The translations under genes and the position numbers were made by a program. A stretch of 64,000 nucleotides of DNA, from positions 1,550,001 to 1,614,000 of the forward strand of contig CAVNZM010000015.1 of NCBI GenBank assembly GCA_963693365.1. Reading direction: 5' to 3'. The DNA is from Amoebidium appalachense. Lineage: Eukaryota; Protista; Ichthyosporea. Under the pieces are notes generated by a model, which was given only the letters and a program-made list of their open reading frames with translations, did no database searches and was not told the origin of the DNA. Of this stretch, positions 13,699-52,485 are shown in pieces; positions within the stretch are counted from its first letter, which is position 1; each line of letters begins with the position of its first letter.

Positions 13699-13889
13699 AC
13701 AGAAACACACAGACTGACGCACATGTACGCACACACACGCACACAACAACAAAACACACACAGACACACAGGTAGGCACACAGACACATGTAAAACATAG
13801 ACTCTGGCATGCGCGCACGCACACGGGCGCATGCGCGTGCGCACACACACACACACACACACACACGCACGCACGCACGCACACACGCG

Positions 13890-13961
<72 letters not shown>

Positions 13962-14970
13962 GTGACACACACACACTAATCAACAGGGCGTACGCTGTAT
14001 CAGAAGTTTCCTGCACAAACACTTTTCACCAAAGTTTCCCATTTCCCCACTAACATAGTCATTTAGAGCCATAATATGTAAATTAAAATTTTTGAATGGC
14101 CGGCCCAGGTCTCCCTAGCTAGATGACGACACTTGAATAAAACACTTCCCAATTATCCGTCTCTCCCATTCTGCTTTCCCCGCAATCGTTGCCCCCCCTC
14201 CCCCCCCCCCCCTGCCCCCATCCCCCTTCTCTCCTAGCTTCTAATTCCCCCTACGTTATAGCCACTCTTCCCCCCCCCCCCCCCTCCCCCCCCCCCCTCC
14301 CCCCCCTCCTTCCCTCCTAGACTCACACACCTTCCTCCCGACAATTATTACTAAACTAACTCCAGAAGGCCACGGCGATAGTGCACAGACATGTGTGTGC
14401 TTGCTTTGCTTTTATACACCCGGGGCGTGGAGGGAGGGGGGGGGGGGGGGAAGGGAGAGAAAGGTGTGAGGGACTGAGGGAGGCGAAGGAGGCCTGGAGG
14501 AAGGGTTCGGGGGAGGGGGAAGCAGGGAGAAAGGGAGAGGGGGGGGTGGGGAGGATAGCGAACAAGGAAAGGAACGAAGGGTGACACACACGCACACGCA
14601 CACCCCCACACCCCCACACAAACATGTACACAAACGTTCGGGCGGGCGAGCACACACACACACACAAACACACACAAACACAAACACACACACACACATA
14701 CACACAGGCACACACACACACACACACACACACACCCGCGCATACACACACAACCATACACACGCGCACGCGCGCACGCACTCACACACAAAACAAAATC
14801 ATTACCGATTAAAACAGAGAAAAAAAAGCGCATATGTTTAACATAATCCAGCTAATTAATTAGCAGGCTGCATTACCCAGTACGACACCCGCAGTAGGAA
14901 ACTGCACAGTCGGTGTATGAAATAAAGAATACGGTAGTTTTCAGTCACTTACTCCCCAGTACTAAGAAGG

Positions 14971-15175
14971 CTGGGGCAAAAATCCCGGGACTAAGTGTGT
15001 ACTATGTAGTATTTAGAATTTGTAAAGGTGTGCGAGCTTAGCTGAATTAGCACCCTTTTAAGGGTACATTCGGTGCTGTGTGGAAGGCGGTAGTTCCTAT
15101 GGGGGGCCCCTACGGCTCCTTCCATCCCTCCCCCCCCCCTCTCCGGGCCGCGCAGAACAAAACGGGATACAAATA
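14971..15175 (+). mobile_element. Diverged 3'-end copy of the non-LTR element
   Basis: CTGGGG...AAGTGTGTACT...GCTTAGCTGAA..AGCACC...CGGTGCTGTGTGGAAGGCGGTAGTT...GAACAAAACGGGAT is collinear with 2745-2913; boundaries approximate; no TSD identified. Confidence 0.75.
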
Positions 15176-15289
15176 AGGCCTTTTTGATATCAAAACGGAG
15201 AGGATGGTAGTGGTAAGTTGAGGGAAGGGGGCCCACCTCCCCCCCGAAGGGGTAGGTCCACCCCTCCCCCGGGAGGCAGAAAGGGGCGG

Positions 15290-15347
<58 letters not shown>

Positions 15348-16050
15348 AGGCACAACCACCCAGCGGGGAACCCACCCAAATATGACCAATATTAGTAGGT
15401 ATATTGACTTGAAAATTTATCATGGCATCGGCATTTACACCCATCAGAACCTGGGTCAATGACCTGCTCAATAGATTGGCAGCCCCCCCCCCCCCCCTCC
15501 TCCCTCCCTCCCTCTTCCCTCCCCTTCCCCCCCCCCCCTCCCCCCCCTTCCCCCTCCGCCGCGCAGGAACCATCCCAATCCCAGGCCCGTGGGAGCCTGT
15601 CCTCTCTCCGTGCCCCTTGGAATCTCGAGCTCAAACCGACACCGCAAGATAATTTGTTGCGCATGATCACTCACCGTCTCGACTATGTACAGACTAGTTG
15701 GCAAGGATGCATACCCTCAAGACTCGAGATCAAAGATAGCGCACTTTTATTACCACCACTACTCCGCCGGTGCACGTTGGAATCAGCATCGTGAAGACAC
15801 GGTGACCGGCAATGTATACATACGTTACACACAGGCACACATGTGTACACACACCGTGGCAAGCACAATCACACACGCACGCACGCACACGCACACACAC
15901 TCTGACACACACAGAAAAACACACACATACACATACACACAAAGCACACCCAACCGCACACACTCACCCACAGCGAGAACGCGCACACACGTGTACACAC
16001 ACACACACGGGCGCGTCGCCGTGCGTGCGCGCACACACACACAATACACA

Positions 16051-16393
16051 CTATTTTTTTAATTTTATCCCGTTTTGTTCCCGGAGGTGCCCCTAGGGGC
16101 CCTCAGGGGAAACTACCGTCTTCCACGCAGCACCGACAGTACTCTAGCTAAGGTGCTACGATGCTATTAGCTAAACTAACACACCTATAACAATCCTAAC
16201 TATATGTACACACTTTGCCCAGGGTATCAACCCCAGCCACGCCGGTGGGTAGCACCAGGCCTCCCCTCCACTCAGAACCTACGAATAGACTTGAAACTGG
16301 GCTCTCATTGGATCATCTAAAGTGGTGGAATGTGTGGTGTGGTGTGGGTGGGTTTACGGGGGATAGTGTTGTATGGTGGGGTCTGGTGGTGGT
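16051..16393 (-). mobile_element. 5'-truncated copy of the non-LTR element (3' UTR only)
   Basis: Reverse complement is collinear with about 2585-2920; T-run at 16054-16060 is the tail; 15-bp TSD CACACACAATACACA at 16036-16050 and 16394-16408. Confidence 0.85.
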
Positions 16394-16861
16394 CACACAC
16401 AATACACAGATAGACAGGAGAAAAAAGATCCAGTCGTGCATGCAGGCACACACGCACACTTTGCACACACACACACTCACGGGCACGGTCACAGATCTAG
16501 ACTGGGGCAGAATAATATGCTCAAAATTCGTGGTGGCACATAGTATGATGCGCGCGCATCCCTTTTTTTCTCTCTTACTCCCTATATCCCCCCCCTTCCC
16601 CCCTCCCTCCCCAACACCAGCCCTCTCTCTCGCTCTATTTGCTCTCCCCCCCCCCCCCCCCCCCCCCCCACCCTCCCTCCCCACCCCCCCCCCCCCCCCT
16701 CCCTCCTCCTCCTCCCCACCCATCCCCCTCCCTCCACCCCCCCAATGACTCTCTCGCGCAAACAAAGCTCGCAAACAATGCATGTATGAAACATAACCAA
16801 CAACTTGAACAGAAGAGCTCGTCGAGAAGAAGGGGAAAAGAGGTGGGTTGGTGGTGGCGGT

Positions 16862-16896
<35 letters not shown>

Positions 16897-19071
16897 GGGG
16901 GGGGGGGGGGATCGTGGAGGCTCAGAGGGTGCGCAGCGGGGAGGAAGCCGTCGCGGACTTCCCGCGCGAGGGGGGCGGAGGGGGGGGGGGGGGGAGGGGG
17001 AGGGAGGGGGCAAGGTGGGGGGAGGTGGGGGGACCACCAGAGGGGAGCTCAATATTCAGTGCTGCCCCCCCACCCCTCCCCCCCCCATCCCCCCCACCCC
17101 CTCCCCCCTGAATTTCAAATTCCAAAAAGCCTACGTGAAAATCAATAGTATTCGGGTATGATGAATATGAGCGAACCCAATGAGCCAAGGTATTTGAGTA
17201 AGTCTCCTTCGGGGACAAACCCGTAATTTTCTTTTAGAGACACACACACGGCACAGCCACACGTGTGCACACACACACACACACACGTGAGTACAGGGGT
17301 GACCGTCACCCGCAAGCGCTTATTCAAATTGTTATAAAAATTGAATTACGATAGTACTCATGTGACTACGAATGTGTCTCGGAAACACCATGGCAGTATG
17401 CTGAATTGCGGGTGACCCCTCAAGGCTACACACACACACGTGCACAAACACGCTCACGAACACACACACACACACGCATACACACACGCGCGCATACACG
17501 TACACACACACGTGTACACGTCACACAAATACACATGTGTGCACACACACACACACACGTGCATACACACATGCACACGCGCGCACGCACGCACGCACAC
17601 ACACACGTGCACTCACACGCACGCGCGGGACGTGCGACGCGCACACATCCACATACGCACACAAACACACACACACACACACGGAGAGAGAAGGAGGGAG
17701 GGAAATTTGGGACAGAGACTCATGGCATACCCCACCCACACTCGGGCACACGTGCACGCACACACACACACACGGACACGACCACACTTTCTTCTGCCTG
17801 GAGCTCTCACTCTCTCTCCCCCCCCCCCCTCTCTCCCCTTCTCCCCCCCGGACGCCCCCTGCCCCCCCTTCTCTCTCTCTCGTTCACTCTCTTTGCCTCT
17901 CCCTCTCTTTCTCCCTCTCTTTCTCTCTTCTCTCTCTCCCTCTCTCTCTCTCTCTCTTTCTCTCCCTCCCTCCCTCCCTCCCTCCCTCTCTCTCTCTATC
18001 ATTCTCTTTCTCTTCATCTTCTCTCTCCCTCCCTCCCTCCCTCTCTAGATCTCTACCTCCCCCCCTCCCCCCTTCTCTTCCTTCCCCCCCCCACCTCTCT
18101 CCCTCCCTCTCCCTCCCTCTCTCTCCCTCTCTCTCTCTCAGGGCCCCTGGGCCCCCAGCGCCGGGCGTGATCACGAAATGAAATCACGATTCACGACGTA
18201 GACGTGCCCGTGGTATGTCACTGAATGTTATTAGGTGCCACATATGGGCACCCCATATAACTGATAAAAAGGTAGAGAAAGAACTTTTAATAGATTGATG
18301 TAGGCTAGCCATTAAACACAGAGCTGACACTCAGCCTTACAGCCACGCAGTCACATAACAGTATTAGTGAAGCCACGGCCCTTTTTTTCAGAGGGCCGTG
18401 GTGAAGCTCAGGTGACTCTCAACTTCCCATGATCCAGCAAAGATAAAAAAAAGCGATTGATGACGGTATGTAAACATTGCCAAGAATTTGAAAACGTTTG
18501 TGATTGGGCAAGATTCGAAGGAATGTTGACACGGCTCGAGTCCACTCAGAGATAAGAATTTGTTTTGACCATCATCTGTGAGTGTGCTGCGTGATGCTAG
18601 AATCCTACTTGCATATTTCTGGTGTTTGCCTGGGTACATATATAATATCAGCGCATCAGTCTTAAGAGGAAAACACAAACTTTGCTAACACGCAAAAGAA
18701 AGGGGAAAGGAGAAATACAGTATGTAGTGAGCTCGTCCAATCGCACACACAAGTCGTGTTCACCAGGCTAATAACTTTGCCCAAACCAACAACTATACTT
18801 CAACACCACAAACAACCTAATTACTTTACCGCATCACCGCCCCTGATCTCTCCCCCGTTGCCAAGTTCAATGGCAACCTCTACCAAGAAAGTTTCGGCAC
18901 AGCACTGCCTTTCTTCTTTTTTTTGAGAAAGAAACGCCGTAAAATAAATACACCAACCACGATCCCCTCTCCCTCCCTCCTTCCCCTCCCCCCCCCCTCC
19001 CTCCCCTCCCCCCCCCCCCCCCCCCCCCCCTCCTCCTTCAATCATTGACATAGAAAACATCTCAACTCAAA

Positions 19072-22240
<3,169 letters not shown>

Positions 22241-23480
22241 TAGGTTGTGGTGAATAGCCATATATGGAATGAGTGAGAGTGAGATTCCCATATATGGAAA
22301 GAGTGTGCGCGGCTACTGTCATTTTTGTGGTGTGTGATACCTAAAAGTGTATGATGATTGATATATTCACAGATGGATGGATGTAGATATGAAGTGTTTG
22401 CAATGATTTGGATGTGGGCCTTTTTGCCATCGTAAGATACAGGGATTAACTCATAACCGTAAATGTAGATGAAGCGTTGAATTATTTGCAATGTTTCCTG
22501 TGATAGATCTTAAAAAGGAAGTAACTTATTGGTGAGGTCTGTAGAGTTGGGACTGGTAGTGCAGGCGTGTCACTTGTATCCTAGGTGTAATGTTCTACTG
22601 TTGAGATAGGTGTGGCATAAATGAAGTAATGACAGTGAGTTTGTACAGATTTATTTTTGTAGAAGGATATGTATTGATGCTGGAGCCATACAAAATCATG
22701 TGTTGACATGTGCCATGTTGGTACGATAATGTAATGTGACGCTAGTTGTATACTCTTTTCTATTAACAGCGGCAAGGATGAATTGCTAACTTAAACCTGT
22801 AATTGTGTAAGGGTCAAACCTGCTGTAATGTTACAGTACTAATGCAGCATGCCAGGTGCACGGCTGCTGGCAAAATCTCGATTGCGCACCTTAAATGATA
22901 CATGGCAAATGCCTAAAAAAGGAACTGCAGAGCACCGTGTCCAGGCAAAACCAATCAAAACACTCGATGCCTGTACGTAAAATCGAGCGCACTGATTGGT
23001 TTTTGCCATATATGGGATGTCCGTTTCTGAAGTGGATGATCGACATACAAAGAGAATTCCACGAATGCCATCGAGAAATCTCGACATGGTTGATGGATGG
23101 CGCTTACTTAGTATCGTTATCGCCGAAGGGTTTCTTCATGCAGAGAAATGTGTGCATGAGCCTTACAGGAAATTTCTATTAGGCCCAAACCGTGACATAT
23201 GCATGTTACGGTAATACACAGGTGCACCCATGCAGTCACACATACGGTAACACATACCACAACCGATGCACACATGCTATGTACAAGTACATCCACCCAT
23301 CTACACAGCCCCGCACACACATCTTATCTGAATGATTCCCCGACCATATTTCAGCAAAAGGACATGGAGCGACTGCAGTTAGACTAAGTGACCCAATGCA
23401 CAGACTGTGGATAATTCTGACCTGCGTTACTGCAGCATATATATAGTCGCACACACACACACGCACACACACACACACAC

Positions 23481-23626
23481 ACCACACACCCTATAGACAC
23501 ACATTCACTGTAGCACCACCACCACGCGCCTTCTTCTTTTCGACTCTTTCCCAACCTAATATGTAGAGACGATCGCCCTGTGATGGTAAAGCCAGGATTA
23601 AGGTTCACACCAGAAGCAAAAATATC
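23481..23626 (-). repeat. Dispersed repeat, copy B, abutting (CA)n
   Basis: Reverse complement of 9582-9725. Confidence 0.85.
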
Positions 23627-23994
23627 CTGATCGAGAAAAAGGAAGAGTATGTATGCCGTGATATTATTTAAATAATAATGAATCCGCGAGCGAAACACTG
23701 TTTGCAAACATATTATTATACGTCCGGGAGGCTCCGACGGCCTTTGAAGAGGCCCGGTGTACAGTGGGCGGAGCTTGAGGGAGAGGGGGGCTCGGGGGCT
23801 GGGGCGGGGAGGGGCAGGGGTGTGTGTGTGTGTGTGGGGGGGGGGGGGGGAGAATGGTGGTGGTGAACGTGTACACGTGTGGACATGTGTCTGTGTGTGC
23901 GTTTGCGTGTGTATTAGATCTGGCCAACCTACGTTGGTGGAGGTGGCAGCTGGAGGTGGCCCACGTTTCTGCTTTTCTGCATGCGTGTGGTAGT

Positions 23995-24053
<59 letters not shown>

Positions 24054-24247
24054 CACGTGCGTGTGTGCATGACATTGTGTGCATGTCCAATATTTGTGCT
24101 GCCGTGGGATTGATGTGTGTGTGTGAGATGGGGGGGGGGGGGAGGGGGGGGGGGGGGGAAAGAGAGAGGGAGGGAGGGGAGGTGGGGGAGGGGTCGACAA
24201 AAGGCCACCCTTGCAACATCTTGCGCATGGGAGTGTGTGTGTGTGTG

Positions 24248-24299
<52 letters not shown>

Positions 24300-24374
24300 G
24301 AAAAAAAGGGAGACAGACAGACCCACACACGCACACACACACACAGGGTTTTTAGAGTTTAGAGAAAAAAGAAA

Positions 24375-24456
24375 CGATGCCGGCAGGACTCGAACCTGCG
24401 CGGGCATAGCCCAATAGATTTCTAGTCTATCGCCTTAACCGCTCGGCCACGGCATC
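24375..24456 (-). tRNA. tRNA-Ser(AGA), intronless, 82 nt
   Basis: GATGCCG acceptor stem pairs with CGGCATC, G discriminator; A box TGGCCGAGCGG; anticodon arm ATAGA-CTAGAAA-TCTAT; long variable arm GGGC-TAT-GCCC; B box GGTTCGAGTCC; downstream T-run terminator. Confidence 0.97.
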
Positions 24457-24925
24457 CGATGAAAGGAGGTGAGGGAGAGAAAGACACAAGGAGATACAGG
24501 AGGTGAGAAAGGTTTTTTTTTCTTTTTTTTCTTTTTTTTGTTGTTGTTGTTGTGGGGGGGGGGGGGGATGATATCGGTCGTTCTAAAACAGACGTCCAGA
24601 CACGACTCAAGAAAATTGCAGAAAAGCAGTGCGTCCTTTTACCTTCGAATCCAAAACACTATGCCAAACGTTCGTACCCGCATTTCTTGATAATTTCTTT
24701 ACATAGCAAATGCACATTTCTTAAAAAGGACATCGCACCATACATAGGCAAAGCTAATACATCAAAATGGCTCTAAATGCATTCCATATCACGTAAAAAA
24801 AAGAGACTTCTTAGACCTTAATAACAATAACAAACCACACCGGTGTTGCTATACAAAGAAACACATTCGCGCTATGGGCACTCTCTTTTTTGTACAATTC
24901 TATTCGGCTCTAAACCCAAAAGATG

Positions 24926-34240
<9,315 letters not shown>

Positions 34241-34411
34241 TTTGACGAAATCAACCCAACAGGTCCCTTATATTCAAAAAAAGTTTTGAATGTTCCTTCA
34301 CCAACAGATGCCGACTGTTCCTTTCGCAAGTGTGCACACCCCTCGGGCATTGAGGGTGCGTGTGTGGGGAGGTGACTGGGTAGAGTGGAAAGATGATGTG
34401 ACACGGTGTTC

Positions 34412-34448
<37 letters not shown>

Positions 34449-35260
34449 GGCCGGGGGGGGGGGGGGGGGGAGGGGGGGGAGGGGGGGGGGAGGGGGGGGG
34501 GGGGGGGGGGGGGGGGGAGGGAGGGGAGGGGAGAGAAGGAGGGGGAAGGGAGGGGAGGGAGGGAGGAGGGACAGTGTTTCGGTGATAAGAAGATTGAGTC
34601 TCTGAAGCGTCACGTATTTTTCCGCTTCTGAGCGGGGATCTCACTGGCTCATAAAACTTGGTGTTCTGTGATATGCACCTCAAACACGTTGCGATTTTCT
34701 GTTTAGAAAATGAGACACTGTGTGCACGTTTTTTGTGGGGCTGTGATATATATGCTGAGGGCACGAAGCCCTTTGATCTTGGGTGTGAAACTGGAACAAG
34801 GTGACCCAATCTTTCATGTGGAGCGCTGTGATCCGGATTCAAACTTGGTCACATTCAAACTTCTGGGACCATACCAGCTTCCACTACATACAACCCTTGT
34901 CTATATTCCTGCTTTGTTAGTTGTTTTATCCTCAGGCAGAATGATACAGCTACAGCACATCAAAATGCTAATGCAACTACAAGTGAAAAACTAGTGGGAA
35001 AAGCTTGGTCTATTAAATATCATTTGATAGGTTTCTTACTGATAATAGTCATTCCTCTTCATACCCATGCAACCACTCGATCGAGGGTCTGGGAACTATT
35101 TAAATATATCTGGCGAGTAATTGGTGTGCGTGACAAGTAGTATGGAAATGTGAAAACTGGTCCCCTTTACTTATTCCGTGCTTGCACATATCCTTATTTT
35201 CTCCCCTTCTTTTTTTCGTTTCCTTTTCTTTTTTTTTTTTTTCTTTGCCAGGCCTAGGGG

Positions 35261-35306
<46 letters not shown>

Positions 35307-35439
35307 AGGAATTATCATGCAGTAACCAGATAAATCGATGGACCAGGAAACCCAAGAGGGGTGGGGAAGGAATCCGTTTAAATTTGCGTGCACAGCGAAT
35401 GAAACAGATATCATGGCGGCCTTTTTTTTTTAGGTTTAT

Positions 35440-35632
35440 AAACTTTTTTTTGCGCGCGCCAAAGTTCCCGCCCAAATTTCCATATTTGGCTGATCAGTGC
35501 TATCGCGCGCGAATTATTGGTCCATATTAAAACAACTAGAAAAGGTATGAATAAAAAAGTTTCTATAAAACAACTAAAAAAGTAAGAAAATCATAGCACA
35601 ATGGGAAGTTTTAGCGCGCAAAAAAAAAGTTT
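35440..35632. mobile_element. Putative small MITE with ~30-bp imperfect TIRs
   Basis: AAACTTTTTTTTGCGCGCGCCAAAGTTCCC versus GGGAAGTTTTAGCGCGCAAAAAAAAAGTTT (inverted). Confidence 0.55.
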
Positions 35633-35878
35633 GCTTATATGAAACAACTAAAAAATTAAATTATTAGAAATACGCACAGAAACCTCGCAGATAGGTGAGC
35701 GCCAGCGTCACTGTGTGGTGTGTATATTGCAGAGCTGTGGTGGCGGTAATTATGGCAAATAATCATATGTTTATGTCTTGGTTTTTTTTTGAATATCCTA
35801 CCAGCAAGTGACCCCCAGAGGTCTACCGAAACCAAATGGGAGGGGAAAGAAAAGGTGTGTATACACGTGCAGACGTGG

Positions 35879-35920
<42 letters not shown>

Positions 35921-36793
35921 GTTTGTGTTGTACGTGTGTGTATGTGTGTGTGTGTGTGTGCGTGTGTGTGTGTGTGTGTATGCATGTGCGTGTGTGCGCG
36001 TGTGTATTGTGGGTTAGTGTGCCCGTGTGAGTGAGGGGGAGAGGGGTAGTGATGCATGGGTGGGGGGGCCCGGGGGAGGGGTAAGGAGCGGGGATAAGGA
36101 GGGAGGGGGGGGGGGGGTGCGTATGTGTTGGGGGGGGGGGGGGGGGGGAGGTGTTGGAGGGGAGAGGATTCTGAGTGGATTTCCAAGCGGCTAATCATTT
36201 ACATGGATGCACGTGCACTGCACGCAGATATATTAACCATTGGATAACACACAAATCTGTTTATCTAAACCTACGCCTGCAACTCATAATGCAGGATGAT
36301 TAAACCTTCAGCCGAAAGGTAGTAAATATAGCACGATTATTATGTAATATGTAACATCTGCAACATGTTTCTAACTTCCATATCCGGTAAAACTCCATTT
36401 GTTGCAGCATATACCTTAAACCATGACCAGCTACAAAGCATTCTTAAAGCTAGCCATGTGCAGCAGGGGTTGAGGGCATAAGTAATCACACACCACATTC
36501 GCACACTGTACTTAACGTTTGGTGGGCAAAAATCCTTAAAACGAACCCAAAACCGCAAGCGGCAATCTTTTTTGCCTAATGCCTAATAAATATCATGGTA
36601 CATAGCTAATCATAGGGATGCATTCTAAATTGTGTGGGGTTTGGTATACACTTTCAAACACGAATGATAATAATTATATATGCAGCTCATTTAAAATATC
36701 TGTAGTTTCGTTTTTTCCCTTAAAAAAGACAACACCTACTTGATAGTGTTATGCTCCCTTTTCGAAGTTGTGGCTTTTCTATTGGTACGCTGT

Positions 36794-36926
<133 letters not shown>

Positions 36927-37193
36927 CGTGTTTGCAGGTGTGTGTGTCTGTGCCCGTGTGTGCTGTGTGCCGTTTTGAGAGTAGGGCAAAGGGGGGGGGG
37001 GGGGGGGGGGGTGAGGGGATGGGGGGGGGTGGGGATAGGATACAGAGACCGAAAAGCCAATATCTGGAAAGACCGAGTAATTTCTCAACAACCAAACCAA
37101 ATCCAGTCGACCAAAAACGTAGAGAAAACATTGGCGGTTTAACCCAAATGGGAGGGTAAAACCTAGCACAAAAACCTAAAATTTCATTCGAAA

Positions 37194-48400
<11,207 letters not shown>

Positions 48401-51309
48401 GGCTGAAAAAGCCACACACTAAAGTGGCCTGTCCTCCCCATGTGTCCGCGTTCATGCACCACCCTAAAGTGTATGCGTGTCGACGGGTTGTGGATGCGGG
48501 GTTGGGTAGGGGTGTGTGTGCGTGTACGTGCGTCCGTGCGTGCGTGCGTGTGTATGCTTGTGTGTGTGCTCTCGTGTGTTTGTCTGTGAGTGCACGTATG
48601 TGAGCAAGCAGGCACGTCACGTGTATGGGTGCCATACACTGGTGTGCGTGTCTACGCACGTGTTGGTGGGTGTGCGTGGCCTTGCGTGCGTGCGGCTGCC
48701 TGTGTGTGTGCTTCTGTGCGTGTGTCGCTTTCTACGTGACCTTAAACATAGGCCTAGGCTCGCTCGGGTTGTGCGGTCGGGTAGCTTCTTCCCCTATAAG
48801 CAGTAGCTATGCGAAACGTCAACCTCTCATCGCTACAACAGCAATACAGGATAGCAGGGGAGGGGTTACTTATTTACTGCCTGATTGAAAAACTATTAAC
48901 GTGTATCTATGTGTGTGTGTATGTATGTATGTATCTCTTTGCTTGTTAGCTGTGGCAATGGTTTTAGGCTTCAAAACCTCTAGTTATTTAAAAGACTCTT
49001 CGATGGGTTTCTGTTCACTTTGTGCCCTCCGGACGCGTGAAAGCAACTTGTTGGTGTGCACTCGCACGCACACTGAGCAATAAAACTGCCTACGTACTGG
49101 AATGTGAACACATATATGTGTGACTATTATCCAATAGAAATACGGTTGTATGATGACTGTGATAAAGGCGCCGTCGCCGCCGTCGCGCCGCGTGATGAAT
49201 GCGCAAATGTTACCATCAGGATGTACCTAATCAATATAGCATTTATATATCGCTCTAGCCGCAAAAATGTTTTCTCCAATACACAAATATTTATAAATTC
49301 CCTTTTTTATTTAATAATGAAACCTTCTTATAACATATTCGTCTTATGTTTGCCTTATGGAAAAGTCAATGATTAGGTGTGAAATACATATTTATTAGTC
49401 GGGCTCACTCTCAGGGACGATAGACCAATCCGGTTACGAAACCAAAGGCTCCCATTTGCCGGATTCCGCGGGAACGGATTCTCGTCAAAAAACTTGTCAC
49501 GGACACCGTTTATGTCACTGAAACTTTGAGGCAGTCAACGTACGTCTGACATGAGAAACTTTGAGAAAGTGATGTGATGTCCCAAAGTGAGGCAGGGCTG
49601 TGGCGCATTGGTGGGGGCAGATTGTAGGTGGTACATGAGGAATGTGTAGCAGTTCTGCAGAGACGTCGACAGCTCAGTAGGCTCCGGCTCTCTTTTTTTT
49701 TCCATGTAGAAACGAGAACGATATTTAAAAAAAAGAGCTCAGCCAACGAAAAAAAAAAAAAAAAAAAAAAACTTCAAGGCTCTGCTGGCCTCGGGCTCTA
49801 ATTAAGCGTAATACAGAATGTGACTCTGAATACATGCTAGCTTCACTAATATTAATAATGCTGCAATGTAGCAGCTTTCATTTAAAAAGATAACCCCATG
49901 TGTATCAAATAGTGTGGACCTATCACGGTGACCGTGTGTGTGTGTGCACACGTATGTATACCTGTGCCACGACGGACGTCAGTGGTGCGCACGTGCGCAG
50001 GCGTGTGCCACGGCGTGCTGCTTTACGTGCCTTTGTGCGCGGTCGCATTGAATACGTGGTTGCCACAGCTCAGCGTGCATGTATGTGCGCATATAATGCC
50101 ACGGTGACCCCAGTGGCACGATGTTACACAACAACGCCGCGTCGGTGTACATGTCTGAAAGGGTACTCGCATTCCATACATGTGCTATGCAGCTGTGACT
50201 CAAACTGGTGGCTGGGAGTGAGTTGTTGGAAGTTCTATGGCCCAAGCTGTGCAGGGTGCCAGATATATAGGTCTGACAGTCTGTGCAGGTGTGTGTGTCA
50301 ATCTTTGTGAAGTTCAGGGAACGTTCGTTCTACGCGGCAGCAACGTGACTGTTATATACTTGTGCTTTCAACAGATTACCTGCAAAGATTTTCGAACACT
50401 ACTTGTTTTATATATTGCTGCAGTGCCTGAACATCGGAACACCTGGCCCATGCCTGCGGGCCATCCATATTCAATGATCATTCATTGATGTCACCGGTCG
50501 GCTTGCCTGAACTTAGACACGGTACAACACGGGGTACAAACTCACACAAGTCGCACGGCACGGTCACGTAGTACTGAGGAGGTCTCCCGGATTTTGTTTC
50601 TCGGTTTTTAAGTTGCCAAGAGAATATCATAGCAATGTGCAGAGCCCTTGAAATTTGTTTGGGCTCCTTCAGTAACGGTTAGTTGGGGCCGGTAGGCTCC
50701 TTTCTACTCCACGAGATCAAATAGAAGTAGGGTTCGAAAGATCCGGACGTGGAGGGGGGGAGGTGAGGGAGGCCGGGGTAGCTGCGAACAATGCGATTTG
50801 ATTGGCTAATGGGAGGAGGGTAAACGATAAAAACGCTTTTGCCCAATCGCTGATACGGATTTTGAAGAGCAAATAAGTGGGTGTTTATAGCCCCGATAAG
50901 GAACGGAGAACGGATACCGGGGTTAAATACTGTAATTTGAACTTTTAGGGTACAAAGTTTGACTATCTTGGGGGTCTCTAAATGCGATTGGACAATTTGC
51001 GCCCATCTCGGTACCAATTGTCTAGATCGTTGCGCTGTTTGCAGCGAGCGCGGCAATGCGTTTTGGGCAGCTATGGCACGTTACCACCCAGTAAAATGTT
51101 ACGGGGGCACTCAGTAAACGTACTGAAACAAACCAAGCACACTTCTTTTCAAAAGTACTTCGCGTAGCCACGTAATTATAACGGCGTTGTTGAGTCATTT
51201 GCCCACACAATATGGGTTCCCGCAAGGTTGGTTCTGGTGGTGGAATGAGGACCTGGCCGGTCGTTCTGCTCCTGTTTACTGTCGCCCTGGGTGCACAGGT
51301 GTGTACTAA

Positions 51310-51366
<57 letters not shown>

Positions 51367-51489
51367 TACTCCCCCCCCTCCCCCCACCCCACCCCCTCTC
51401 TTCCTGTCCCAAATTTAAACGCCCAAAGCTTTCCCCGCACACGTACCTCCTAGTTTCTCGCGACAGGAACCGTGACACATACACACACA

Positions 51490-51542
<53 letters not shown>

Positions 51543-51779
51543 CACACACACGCACACACACACATGTACATGTGCACACTGTGATACACATAGGAACACA
51601 CACACGCACACACGTGTACACACATGAGCACATGCACACACACAGGACGTGGATCACAAACACACACACTCTTCAACATTCGTTTTCTCATAACAGTTTT
51701 GGATTACCTGCGCGAGGGGCATGAGCCACCGGCCCCATCTAGCAGACGGGAGCCCCGCATTCGCCTGCCAGTATCTTTG

Positions 51780-51995
51780 ATTATAACAGTTGAATCTCAA
51801 ACCGGCCCGGGCTGCAAGCCGGTACCCCGCACAACCTGGGTCAGTGATCATGAACTGACATCCAAAAACTCACTCACAGTGCACGGTTAGTTAATTATAA
51901 CAGTTGAATCTCAAACCGGCCCGGGCTGCAAGCCGGTACCCCGCACAACCTGGGTCAGTGATCATGAAACATCCAAAAACTCACTCACAGTACAC
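51780..51995. repeat. Direct tandem duplication of ~105 bp
   Basis: ATTATAACAGTTGAATCTCAAACCGGCCCGGGCTGCAAGCCGGTACCCCGCACAACCTGGGTCAGTGATCATGAA...ACATCCAAAAACTCACTCACAGT occurs twice. Confidence 0.95.
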
Positions 51996-52485
51996 ATGAC
52001 CAACGATTTGAGTCACAGCCGCAGGCTACGCATTAATGAAATCCTGTCATCATCTCACTGCATCATAGCGTCATGGATTGTTGTGATGCCAAATAAGGTT
52101 AATTGATAAGGTCAAAGGTATGCAAGTTACTGCATTCACATTGGATAAAAGTCGTGTAGTGCGGTTAACGAATGAGGGCAAAGTGCGGGCTCAAATGCTG
52201 ATTGGAGAGCACCCAAATCAAGTGACGTCACATGTGCTATGGCCGACGCCCGGCTGCGCATGCCCTGGTATCATCGATGTTGTGAAAGTTGGTGCTTTAG
52301 CAGCAGCTACGGGCATGTTTGGTTATTTACCTTTAGCCTGCATGGATAGTCGCAACGATTTCAGAGTTTGATCATTTTATAATACCCAAGTTTTGGCCAC
52401 AAGCTGGAAAGTCAATGGTCCTAAAATCAAAAAATCTAAGCACAAATTGCTGTGAATTGTTCAAAATCTGTAATTAAACCAACCA

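Noticed and set aside
17294-17420. Short inverted repeat GTCACCCGCAA/TTGCGGGTGAC
   Set aside because: Only about 11-15 bp with no TSD; too weak to call a MITE.
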